DNA of 64,000 nucleotides from Yoonia sp. (GTDB lineage Bacteria; Pseudomonadota; Alphaproteobacteria; Rhodobacterales; Rhodobacteraceae): NCBI GenBank assembly GCA_029250945.1, contig JAQXEG010000011.1, positions 38,727 to 102,726 of the forward strand, read 5' to 3'. Shown piece by piece: positions 9,105 to 18,518 of this stretch (position 1 is its first letter; each line of letters starts with the position of its first letter). The notes under the pieces were generated by a model. It saw only the letters and a program-made list of their open reading frames with translations, ran no database searches and was not told where the DNA came from. The position numbers and the translations under genes were made by a program.

Positions 9105-10528
9105 TCGTCGAGCACGTAGCCGTAAGACCCGCTAAAGTCTTGGCGTGCAACTTCGCCTGCGCCACCGGTTTTCGGGGCTGTTTCGGCTGCAACGCGGCCA
9201 AACAGGAACAAATCACGTTCGCTTGGCGGCTGCACACGGTCGGTTGGCAGGGCCAGAACCTCTCCGCGGGTGGGGGTGACAAGATGCGGTGTGACAATAA
9301 TCACCAGCTCGGTCTGGCTGCGGGCATATTCGGCGGACCGGAACAGCGAGCCAAGGATCGGAATATCGCCAACCCACGGCACCTGACCGTTCAGGTCAAC
9401 AAAATCGTCCTGCAAAAGCCCCGCAATCGCAAAGCTTTCGCCGTCACGCATTTCAACTGTTGTGGATGTTTCACGGCGCTTGAACGCGTCAATCGTAAAG
9501 CCGTTGGTCGTAATCCCGTTCGTCGTATCAAGCGAGGATACAGCCGCCGACAGTTCCAGATTAATAATGTCGGTGTCAATCACGCGCGGGGTAAAGTTCA
9601 GTTCAACACCAAAAGGTTTATACTGAACGGAAATTGATCCGCCGTCTTGGGACACGGGAATTGGGTATTCGCCACCGGCAAGGAACTTTGCCTCTTGGCC
9701 GCTAAGCGCGGTCAGGTTCGGTTCCGCCAATGTGCGCACAACGCCGCGGGATTCCAGTGCCTCGAGCAGGATGCCAACCTCAACACCGCCAGCGTTAAAG
9801 CCGAACAGGAAGGCGCCGTTGCTTTCGTTGGTCGCGGGCAGTGATCCGTTGATCGTTGTCGACAATGCGCTAGAGTTGGCCGCACCATTGGTCCCGCCCA
9901 CGATGCTAAGCCTGTTATTAAGTGCGGCACCTTGCAGCGCGATTGACGATGACAGTGATTTGCTGACCGACCGCTGCATTTCTGCAAACCGCACCTTAAG
10001 CATGACCTGCTGGGTGCCACCGACGGACATCAGATTGGACACGCGGTCCGGCGCGTAACGCTGTGCAAGCTCCATGGCGCGATCAAGCCGCGAGATGGAG
10101 CTGACAGTGCCAGACAAAACGATGCCGTTGTTGGCTGTCCGCACTTCGATATTTTCACCGGGAAGGATCTGGCCAAGCCGTTCCTTAAATTCCGCGATGT
10201 CAGGGGTCACGTGGACTTCAACATTGGTGATCAAACGCCCATCAGCACCCAAAAGCGTGAGGGTGGTGCGACCTGGTTCCTTGCCAAGGACATAGATTGT
10301 CCGGTCAGACAGGGATGAAATATCCGCGATGCCAGGGTTGGCGATCGACAATTCGGTGAAGGGGCTTTCGCTTTCGACGACAACCGCGCGGTTCATCGGC
10401 ACGTTTAGGGCGCTGGATGGTGCGCCACGCATCACGCGCAAGGTTTCCGCATGTGAAACGGATGGGACCGTTACAACAGCCAACGCAAAGCTGGCCACTG
10501 CCGCTTTGATAAAATTCTTATATGTCAA
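9101..10528 (-). CDS. cpaC: type II/III secretion system secretin CpaC/RcpA
   Basis: 475 aa. Signal peptide, BON-like N-terminal region and secretin C-terminal domain (TLAEPNLTALSGQEAKFLAGGEYPIP). Confidence 0.9.
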   Translation of the reverse strand: MTYKNFIKAAVASFALAVVTVPSVSHAETLRVMRGAPSSALNVPMNRAVVVESESPFTELSIANPGIADISSLSDRTIYVLGKEPGRTTLTLLGADGRLITNVEVHVTPDIAEFKERLGQILPGENIEVRTANNGIVLSGTVSSISRLDRAMELAQRYAPDRVSNLMSVGGTQQVMLKVRFAEMQRSVSKSLSSSIALQGAALNNRLSIVGGTNGAANSSALSTTINGSLPATNESNGAFLFGFNAGGVEVGILLEALESRGVVRTLAEPNLTALSGQEAKFLAGGEYPIPVSQDGGSISVQYKPFGVELNFTPRVIDTDIINLELSAAVSSLDTTNGITTNGFTIDAFKRRETSTTVEMRDGESFAIAGLLQDDFVDLNGQVPWVGDIPILGSLFRSAEYARSQTELVIIVTPHLVTPTRGEVLALPTDRVQPPSERDLFLFGRVAAETAPKTGGAGEVARQDFSGSYGYVLDD

Positions 10529-10680
10529 TGTGACCTGCCTCTCCGATCACGCCTCATTTATCGGGTCTTTTTGCCCGTGTTTCGTAGAAATTTGCCCCGA
10601 AAACAGAATTATTGCAAGAATCAATGCATTGAGCTGCGGAATTGCTGTGGATAACTTGCATCACTTGCCCGAAATGATGC

Positions 10681-10714
10681 CAAAAGGGCGCCCGTTTCAA
10701 ACGAAAGGGCGCCC
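10681..10714 (-). terminator. GGGCGCCC hairpin followed by TTTTG (minus strand), between cpaB and cpaC
   Basis: Perfect 8-bp arms GGGCGCCC..GGGCGCCC with a 13-nt loop and a T-run on the minus strand, about 20 nt after the cpaB TAA. Confidence 0.55.
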
Positions 10715-10735
10715 CTTGGTGATCCTCGTAATGGC

Positions 10736-11615
10736 TTAGTTCGTGCAGGGGATCGAGATTTCAACCACATCCGCGCCGCTACGGGTCCGAATGGTGCAGA
10801 TCTCTTCTGCAGGTTTGATTTCGACCTATGCAACGACCGGCTCTGGTTCTGAGATGCCGAGCAGTTGACGCTGATCAACCTGAATTTCGCCAGACACTGT
10901 ATCGTCACCTTCGCCGACCAGCGACAACGACAGTTTGCCGGTTGTCTGGGCCTGCGCCAAAAGTGCGACGTCCTGCGGCGTGATCTGAACGGTCACTGTA
11001 CGTGCAACTGATGCGCCCGTGATTTCGCCGGTGGCAGATTGGTCAATCGCGATAATCTCAACACCTGGCTGGATCAACTGGGTAAAGCCGCGGTTGATCT
11101 GGTCACCGGTGCTGGTCCAACAGATGTCGACAAGGTCGTTTGGGCGCAAAAAGCCCGAAACGTCACTGGCTACATCAGCCTTGATCGTACAGGCACGCAT
11201 CCCGCGCTTGAGCCGGCTGATGATGCCTGCGCTACGGCCGGGTTCGGTCACTTTCACGGCCAAAATGGGTTCGTTCACCTCCATCTGGCGCAGCACCACA
11301 CGTGCTACATCAACGCCGTCTGGGAACACCATCTTCGATGGTGGCAAATGACCCTTCGGGTACAAATTCGACTGCATAGTCGATCAATGCGATGTCTTCC
11401 TCGGTCAGGGGCTCGCCATAGGCGAGCATCCGTGTCGGGGCGTAAATTTTTGTGGTCGCAACAGATTTCGCATCGCCTTCTGGATTGTTCCCGCGTTGTT
11501 GCCAATCAGCCCCAAATATAAAGGATTGTTTTGCTTTGGCTCGTCTCAGGGGCGTGTTTCTGCGATAGTTGCGTCCATAAAAACAAAACATGAGCAGGCA
11601 AAATGTATAAATCAC
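10736..11615 (-). pseudogene. cpaB: Flp pilus assembly protein CpaB with a frameshift and an in-frame TAG
   Basis: ORFs 11310..11615 and 10826..11377 are in different frames, with the join near 11335 (...FATIED|VFPDGVDVARVVLRQME...). After the TAG at 10826-10828 the same frame reads VEIKPAEEICTIRTRSGADVVEISIPCTN* to TAA at about 10736. Confidence 0.75.
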
Positions 11616-12441
11616 AGCGAATGATCGCGGCTATCGCCGCTTGTATGCTTGTGACGGGGCCGCTTGGGGCGGAAACATCGCGGTTTCAGCCTGATTTCTC
11701 GTTTAAACGTGTCACCGTTCCCAAAACCAATTCGTCGCGCTAGCGGATCACGGTCCAAATCGCACCTGCCGCACCACAAGCCCCCAGCGCGCCAGCAACC
11801 GCCAGATCAGCAGGGACGGGGGCCGAGACGCCCGCCGCGCCGCGTGTCAGCGGTCTGGAATGGTTCTGGGCAGGTGTGCGCCCGATATCTCTGACACAGA
11901 GCCAGGGCGGTTAGAGCTTGCGCTGCGTGAGATCGCCAATGCGCCAGAGGGTAAGGCCGTGCCGATCCCGCGTTTGCAGGATCTACAGGCTGTGGCTAAC
12001 TAACACGGGCTCGATATTTTGCGCGCCACTGTGGGGACGGATGTATCGCCCGCGCTGGTTCTTGCGCTGATTTCAGTCGAAAGCGCGGGACAAATCACCG
12101 CCGAGAGCCATGCTGGCGCACAGGGGTTGATGCAGCTGATGCCCGCCACTGCGGCCCGCTTTGGTGTCACAGACCGTTTGAACCCTGCAGAGAATATCAA
12201 AGCAGGCGTCGCCTATCTTGCGTGGTTGATGGATCACTTTGGCAATGACCCGATTTTGGTATTGGCGGGTTATAATGTGGGCGAGCGGGCCGCGAGAAGC
12301 AACGCTGGTGTCCCGCCCTATGCCGAAACCCGCTTCTATGTGCCCAAAGTGTTGGCCGCTTGGACGATTGCCAAGGGGCTGTGCCAGACGCCGCCGCAGT
12401 TGATGACGGACGGGTGCGTGTTCCATAACAACGGCGCCTGA
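11603..12441 (+). pseudogene. lytic transglycosylase (SLT domain) with TAG, frameshift and TAA lesions
   Basis: A signal-peptide start (MYKSQRMIAAIAACMLVTG) precedes a TAG at 11741-11743, a frameshift near 11880 and a TAA at 12001-12003. An intact SLT core follows (ORF 12019..12441: VESAG...GAQGLMQLMPATA...AGYNVG). Confidence 0.75.
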
Positions 12442-12447
12442 TATGTC

Positions 12448-13068
12448 TTAGACGATTGTTGCCTCGGTCGCGTCGCGCAATTCCTGCTCGGTCACGCCCT
12501 CTGCGGTCTCAACAATCTGTAGGCCGCCTGCGACAACATCCAGCACACCAAGGTTGGTGATTATGCGGTGCACGACGCCTTGACCGGTCAAAGGTAGGGT
12601 GCAGGATTTCAGCACCTTGCTGTCGCCGTGTTTGTTGGTGTGGTCCATCACAACGATCACGCGGCCAACACCGGCGACCAGATCCATCGCGCCGCCCATG
12701 CCCTTGACCAGCTTGCCGGGGATCATCCAGTTCGCCAGATCGCCATTTTCGGCCACTTCCATCGCGCCAAGGATCGCCGCGGCAATCTTGCCGCCACGGA
12801 TCATGCCAAAGGATGTGGCGCTATCGAAATAGGCGGTGCGGTCGAGCTCTGTAATTGTCTGTTTGCCTGCGTTGATCAGATCAGCGTCTTCGTCACCTGC
12901 GATCGGGAAGGGGCCCATGCCCAGCATGCCGTTTTCCGATTGCAGGGTGATATCCTTGTCGCCCACATAATTAGCGACAAGCGTGGGGATGCCGATGCCA
13001 AGGTTCACATAAGTCCCGTCTTCGAGTTCCTGCGCGGCCCGTTCGGCCATTTGATTGCGATCCCACAT
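12448..13068 (-). CDS. scoB: 3-oxoacid CoA-transferase subunit B
   Basis: 206 aa with family-typical sequence (YVNLGIGIPTLV, SENGMLGMGP). Confidence 0.92.
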   Translation of the reverse strand: MWDRNQMAERAAQELEDGTYVNLGIGIPTLVANYVGDKDITLQSENGMLGMGPFPIAGDEDADLINAGKQTITELDRTAYFDSATSFGMIRGGKIAAAILGAMEVAENGDLANWMIPGKLVKGMGGAMDLVAGVGRVIVVMDHTNKHGDSKVLKSCTLPLTGQGVVHRIITNLGVLDVVAGGLQIVETAEGVTEQELRDATEATIV

Positions 13069-13070
13069 GG

Positions 13071-13766
13071 TTACGCCTCCCGGACTGTGCGCTGTTCAAT
13101 GCGCTTTTCGTGGTCGCCTTGGATCAGGCGGTGGACGTAGATGCCTGGCAGATGAATGTGATCGGGGTCAAGCGAACCTGTCGGCACGATTTCCTCAACT
13201 TCGACCACGCAGACCTTGCCACACATGGCGGCGGGCGGGTTAAAGTTGCGGGCGGTTCTGCGGAAAATCAGGTTCCCTGTCTCGTCCGCTTTCCAAGCCT
13301 TCACAATGGCCAGATCGGCAAAGATGCCTTCTTCCATAATGTAAGTCTCGCCTTTGAAATCTTTATGCTCTTTGCCCTCGGCAATCACGGTGCCAACGCC
13401 GGTTTTGGTGTAGAAGCCCGGAATGCCACAGCCGCCAGCGCGCATGCGTTCGGCCAATGTGCCTTGTGGGTTGAATTCAAGTTCCAACTCTCCGGACAGG
13501 TATTGGCGCATGAATTCCGCGTTCTCACCCACGTAAGAGCTGATCATTTTCTTGACTTGCTTGGTCTGCAATAAGATGCCGATGCCAAAATCATCAACGC
13601 CTGCGTTGTTGGACGCGAATGTCAGGTCCTTGGTGCCTGCGTCCTTGATCGCGGACAGCAGCAATTCGGGGATACCGCACAGGCCAAAGCCGCCGGATGC
13701 GATAAACATGCCATCGTGCAAAAGCCCATCAAGGGCCGCAGCGGCATTTGGATAAATCTTTTTCAT
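13071..13766 (-). CDS. scoA: 3-oxoacid CoA-transferase subunit A
   Basis: Starts at MKKIYPNAAAALDGLL (internal Met of ORF 13071..13862). Motif GGFGLCGIPE. Adjacent to scoB. Confidence 0.9.
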   Translation of the reverse strand: MKKIYPNAAAALDGLLHDGMFIASGGFGLCGIPELLLSAIKDAGTKDLTFASNNAGVDDFGIGILLQTKQVKKMISSYVGENAEFMRQYLSGELELEFNPQGTLAERMRAGGCGIPGFYTKTGVGTVIAEGKEHKDFKGETYIMEEGIFADLAIVKAWKADETGNLIFRRTARNFNPPAAMCGKVCVVEVEEIVPTGSLDPDHIHLPGIYVHRLIQGDHEKRIEQRTVREA

Positions 13767-13877
13767 GGGGTTCTCCGGTTCGATGGGGCGACGTTGCCGC
13801 GCCGCCGAACGGGAGTCAAACAAAATGCTGCGACGCGGCGGGTATTTTGCAACCGGTTGCAAAATACCCGCGAAAGA

Positions 13878-16610
13878 TCACTCTTTCTTGGCCGCAGGTT
13901 TCTTTTTCGGCGCTGCTTTCTTCTTTGCAGCAGGCTTTTTCTTGGCCGGCGCTTTCTTCTTGGTGACCTTCTTGCCTGTCTTGGCGGCGCGTTCATCAAT
14001 CAGATGCACCGCTTGGGCCAGCGTCAGATCAGCAGGTTCAACGGTGTCGGGGATCGTCGCGTTGATCTTTTCCCATTTCACATAGGGGCCGTATTTACCG
14101 TCATATACATTGACCGGCCCGCCCGCCTCTGGGTGTTCGCCCAGTTCGTAAATGGGGGTTGCAGCCTTGCCACGGTTGCTACGGCTTGCCTTTTTCTCGG
14201 CCAGTAGCTGCACGGCGTGGTTCATGCCGACGGTCCAGACGTCTTCGATCCCGGGCAGGTTAGCGTTGGTGCCACCCTTGAACGACGTGTTTTCCGCGTG
14301 TTTCAGATACGGACCATAGCGCCCGAGGTTCGCCCAGACGTTCACGCCGTCCTCTGGGTGTTCGCCGATCAGGCGGGGCAGTTCGAGAAGCTTTAACGCG
14401 TCTTCAATCCCGATTTCTTCGGGGTTCCAACCCTCTGGCACACCAGTGCGGGGTGGCTTTTTGTTGTCTTCGGTCACTTCGCCACGCTGGACGTAGGGGC
14501 CAAAGCGGCCTTTGAACACGCGGATGTTGTCGCCTGCATCCTCGCCCAGCAGCTTCCCCTCTGGCGGAATGGCGGATGCCTCTGCCTCTGGATTGGGCGG
14601 GCCAAAGGCGCGGGTGTAACGGCATTCGGGATAGTTGGAGCAGCCGATAAACGCACCGCCGGACCGTGCTGTGCGCATCGACAAACGGCCCACGCCGCAG
14701 TTCTGGCACTGACGCGGATCGCCGCCATCCTCGAGCGGTGGGAACAGGTGTGGTTCAAGCACCTCGTTGATTTTTTCGAGAACTTCAGTGATGCGCAGCT
14801 CGGATGTCTCACCAATCGCGGCAGAGAAGTCGCGCCAGAAGTTCCCCAGCACCTTCTTATAGTCCGCGTCGCCTGCGGACACTTCATCCAGCTGGTTTTC
14901 CAGATCCGCGGTGAAATCATAGCCGATGTATTTGCGGAAATAGTTGGTCAGGAATGCCGTTACCAAACGCCCCTTATCTTGTGGGATCAGGCGGTTTTTG
15001 TCTTTTTCCACATAGCCGCGATCCTGAATGGTGGTCACGATCGACGCGTAGGTGGATGGACGGCCGATGCCCAGCTCTTCCATGCGTTTAACCAGTGTGG
15101 CCTCTGTATAGCGGGGCGGGGGCTGGGTGAAATGCTGGGATGCAAGCACGGCTTTTTGTTCGGCCAAAATCGCACGCTCAGAAGTCAGTGATAGCGCCTT
15201 GCTGTCCTCAACCACATCATCGCCGCCCGTGTCGGACAGCTTGCGGAATTCGGCCATAAGGGCGGAATTGGCGGCAACGCTGGCCTTTTCGCCTTCGGCG
15301 ATTTGCGGCAGGCGCTTGTCGTCCTCATCGCCGGACGTGTCATCCCTGCCTTCTTCATAGACAGCAAGGAAGCCGTCAAACAACATCACCTGACCATTGG
15401 CGCGCAGCATGACCTGCCCATCGGCTGACCCGATTTCAACCGTGGTGCGTTCCAGACGGGCCGCAGCCATCTGGCTGGCAAGTGTACGTTTGTAGATCAG
15501 ATCGTAAAGCTTACGCTGATCGCCATCCATGATTTTGGCGTCTTCTGTAGCCACCATCATATCGGTCGGGCGCACACATTCGTGGGCCTCTTGGGCGTTC
15601 TTGGCCTTGTTTTTGTAAACGCGGGCGTCCTTGGGGACGTATTTATCGCCAAACTTTTTGCCGATTGCGTCACGCGCGGCGGTCACGGCCTCGGGGGCCA
15701 TGTCGATGCCGTCGGTCCGCATATAGGTGATCAAGCCGGCCTCATACAGGCGCTGGGCGACAGACATGGTTTGCCGCGCGCCAAAGCCGAACTTGCGGCT
15801 CGCCTCTTGTTGCAGTGTCGATGTCATGAACGGCGGGGACGGGTTCCGGCTGGCGGGTTTCGCCTCGACCGTTTGGACGGACAAATCGCGGCTGTTGACC
15901 GCCTGCACGGCCATCTCGGCTTGGGTTGCGTCAGCGATGTCGAATTTATCAAGCTTGTTACCCGCCAGATGGGTTAGCCGCGCCTCATACGTGGCACCCC
16001 GCGCGTTTTCGAGCACGGCTTTAACGGACCAGTATTCGCGGTTTTTGAACGCCTCGATCTCCATTTCGCGTTCGCAGATGATCCGCAGGGTGACGGATTG
16101 GACCCTCCCCGCAGACCGCGACCCCGGCAGTTTGCGCCACAGCACTGGGGACAGGTTGAACCCCACAAGGTAATCAAGTGCACGGCGTGCCAGATAGGCA
16201 TCGACCAGCGGCACGTCGACCTGACGGGGATTTTTCATCGCCTCGGTCACGGCGGTCTTGGTGATCGCGTTGAAAACGACGCGGGATACGGGCGTGTCTT
16301 TCTTGATCGCCTTCTTGGCGGTCAGCGCCTCTTGCAGGTGCCAACTGATCGCTTCGCCCTCGCGGTCGGGGTCGGTCGCGAGGATCAGTTCGTTGTCGTT
16401 TTTAAGCGCATCAATAATCGCCTTGATGTGCTTTTTGCTGTCTGTCGCGATCTCCCATTTCATTTGGAAATCTTCGTCGGGCAGCACAGAACCATCCTTG
16501 GGCAGCAGGTCACGCACGTGGCCATAAGACGCTAGGACCGTATAGTCAGATCCCAAATATTTATTGATTGTCTTGGCTTTAGCTGGGGATTCGACGACGA
16601 CAACTGGCAT
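13878..16610 (-). CDS. topA: DNA topoisomerase I
   Basis: 910 aa. Toprim N-terminus (VVVESPAKAKTI), zinc-ribbon region and a Lys-rich C-terminal tail. Confidence 0.97.
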   Translation of the reverse strand: MPVVVVESPAKAKTINKYLGSDYTVLASYGHVRDLLPKDGSVLPDEDFQMKWEIATDSKKHIKAIIDALKNDNELILATDPDREGEAISWHLQEALTAKKAIKKDTPVSRVVFNAITKTAVTEAMKNPRQVDVPLVDAYLARRALDYLVGFNLSPVLWRKLPGSRSAGRVQSVTLRIICEREMEIEAFKNREYWSVKAVLENARGATYEARLTHLAGNKLDKFDIADATQAEMAVQAVNSRDLSVQTVEAKPASRNPSPPFMTSTLQQEASRKFGFGARQTMSVAQRLYEAGLITYMRTDGIDMAPEAVTAARDAIGKKFGDKYVPKDARVYKNKAKNAQEAHECVRPTDMMVATEDAKIMDGDQRKLYDLIYKRTLASQMAAARLERTTVEIGSADGQVMLRANGQVMLFDGFLAVYEEGRDDTSGDEDDKRLPQIAEGEKASVAANSALMAEFRKLSDTGGDDVVEDSKALSLTSERAILAEQKAVLASQHFTQPPPRYTEATLVKRMEELGIGRPSTYASIVTTIQDRGYVEKDKNRLIPQDKGRLVTAFLTNYFRKYIGYDFTADLENQLDEVSAGDADYKKVLGNFWRDFSAAIGETSELRITEVLEKINEVLEPHLFPPLEDGGDPRQCQNCGVGRLSMRTARSGGAFIGCSNYPECRYTRAFGPPNPEAEASAIPPEGKLLGEDAGDNIRVFKGRFGPYVQRGEVTEDNKKPPRTGVPEGWNPEEIGIEDALKLLELPRLIGEHPEDGVNVWANLGRYGPYLKHAENTSFKGGTNANLPGIEDVWTVGMNHAVQLLAEKKASRSNRGKAATPIYELGEHPEAGGPVNVYDGKYGPYVKWEKINATIPDTVEPADLTLAQAVHLIDERAAKTGKKVTKKKAPAKKKPAAKKKAAPKKKPAAKKE

Positions 16611-16739
16611 GAAAAACCTTTGAATACGGGCACGAGGGCAAGGAATTTGCTACATGTGGTTGGTCGCAACTGAATGTCAATGCATGCAAATGTCAAAGGG
16701 GAAAGTGCGCGGGGTACGCATCTTTCCTGATGTGCGGGG

Positions 16740-17912
16740 TCAGTCTGAAAGCGACAAAAGCTCGCCGCGCTGCCGTCTGATCCGCCCATCGGGTTCGAGC
16801 GAAACAAGCGCGGGCGCGACCGTCGTGGGGGCTGCACCAAGGTCGCGGATCAGCTGGTCCTCGGCCACTGGTGATGGGCCAAGCCGTTGTAGGATTTTGC
16901 TGTGCAGGTCGGCAGTTTGCCGCAGGTTTTGTTTCGGTGCGGGCGTGGGTAGCGCCAATTCTGGGAACTGTGGCGGGTGGATATGGCCAAGCGCCTCAAT
17001 CACGTCATCGGCGCTGCTCACCAATGTGGCTCCATCACGGATCAACATAGTGCAGCCTGCGGTGCGCCCGTCGAACGGATGCCCTGGCACGGCCAACACG
17101 TCGCGCGATTGGTCAAGCGCGTTGCGTGCGGTGATCAGGCTGCCGGACTTGGCCGCCGCCTCTATCACGACAACGCCCATCGACAGGCCGGATATGATCC
17201 GGTTGCGCGCAGGGAAATGGCGGGCTTGGGGCTGCATCCCCATGGCCATCTCCGATAGGCGCAGGCCGGATTTCGCAATATCTTGGGTAAGTGCAGTATT
17301 CTCGGTGGGGTAGATCACATCCACACCGCCAGCCTGCACCGCGATGGTGCCGGTCGTCAGGCTGGCCAAATGTGCGGCGGTGTCCACGCCGCGGGCAAGG
17401 CCCGACACGATGACATAGCCAGCGTCACCCAGATCGGCGGCCAGTTTCTTGGCCATGCGCGTCCCGAGCGATGATGCGTTGCGCGCACCAACCATCGCGA
17501 TCACCGGCCGCGCCAAAAGCGACGTGTCACCGATGGACCATAACAAGGGTGGCGCATCGTCAAGGTCATCAAGGGCCGCGGTGAAATCTGGTGTGCCCTG
17601 CACAAGCAGGCGGGCATCGTTGGTACGTGCTGTTTTTAGTTCGGCCATCACGACCCCGGTCAGGCAAATCTGGTAATCCGTGACCCCTGCGCTGGCCGCG
17701 ACATCGGGCAGGGTGGCCAGTGCCGCGCTGGCAGAACCGTGTTCACGTATCATGCGCCGGTAGGTGGCCGGTCCCACGCGCCGGGATCGCAACAGGCGGA
17801 GACAGGTGACAATATCTTCTTCCGACGGGAATGGGTGTGGAGGGTGAGTGGAAGACAGTTGTGCTCCGGCCATCCCGTGCTCCGCCTTGTTGCTGCAAAC
17901 AGTTAATTTCAT
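16740..17912 (-). CDS. dprA: DNA-processing protein DprA
   Basis: 390 aa ORF. Rossmann-like DprA core (IAMVGARNASSLG, VSGLARGVD). The true start may be the Met at about 17873. Confidence 0.88.
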   Translation of the reverse strand: MKLTVCSNKAEHGMAGAQLSSTHPPHPFPSEEDIVTCLRLLRSRRVGPATYRRMIREHGSASAALATLPDVAASAGVTDYQICLTGVVMAELKTARTNDARLLVQGTPDFTAALDDLDDAPPLLWSIGDTSLLARPVIAMVGARNASSLGTRMAKKLAADLGDAGYVIVSGLARGVDTAAHLASLTTGTIAVQAGGVDVIYPTENTALTQDIAKSGLRLSEMAMGMQPQARHFPARNRIISGLSMGVVVIEAAAKSGSLITARNALDQSRDVLAVPGHPFDGRTAGCTMLIRDGATLVSSADDVIEALGHIHPPQFPELALPTPAPKQNLRQTADLHSKILQRLGPSPVAEDQLIRDLGAAPTTVAPALVSLEPDGRIRRQRGELLSLSD

Positions 17913-18084
17913 GAAGCTTAACGAGGTGTGAACAATCCCAGCTCAATGTGAATTAACGTGGGGATAAATCAGGCAAGTCATTGTTAGTCATTATAAAAAT
18001 ACGTATCGACCATGCTGATAGGCAATGCATTGGTCTGGTCGATGTTGGCGGCGGTCCCCTCATAAATAGTGGGGATCGTCACTA

Positions 18085-18477
18085 TTACCCACGAATCGCG
18101 CGCTGCATTCCGATCCAGCATAACAGGCTGTAGATCAGGCCGACGCCCGCGAATATTGCAACGCCCCTAAGGTCGGCGTTCGCGGCCAAGCTGCTCCAGA
18201 TCAAAAGCCCGATCAGCCCACCTGTTGCACCACCCACCGCCAAAGTGGGCATCAGTCCAGACAGGCCTCGCCGCAACGCGAATTTGATAATCGGCCAAAT
18301 CAGCGCAAGCGCTGGCAGTACGATCAGCAGACTGATCAACCAATAGAACACGGCGCAAACCGCATAGGCCAACATTGCGTTAACTTGCGTGTCAGCAAGC
18401 ACAACGGCCAGAATGATCATGCCAATTAGCGACCCACCCAGCATAGCGACAGCCCCTAATTTAGCAGCTTGGCGCAT
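18085..18477 (-). CDS. hypothetical membrane protein
   Basis: About 130 aa from an internal Met (MRQAAKLGAV...), with 4 hydrophobic helices. The longer ORF would overlap tldD. No recognisable family. Confidence 0.45.
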   Translation of the reverse strand: MRQAAKLGAVAMLGGSLIGMIILAVVLADTQVNAMLAYAVCAVFYWLISLLIVLPALALIWPIIKFALRRGLSGLMPTLAVGGATGGLIGLLIWSSLAANADLRGVAIFAGVGLIYSLLCWIGMQRAIRG

Positions 18478-18518
18478 TCTGCTAGGGTCGGTCACCGGCG
18501 CGTCGTAGATCAGAATGG

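Noticed and set aside
13763-14085. Lys/Arg/Phe-rich ORFs (13763..13999 minus, 13765..14085 plus) suggesting a small basic protein or a repeat
   Set aside because: They are alternative-frame readings of the Lys/Ala/Pro-rich C-terminal tail of TopA, which is low-complexity AAG/AAA/GCC repeats. They are not independent genes.
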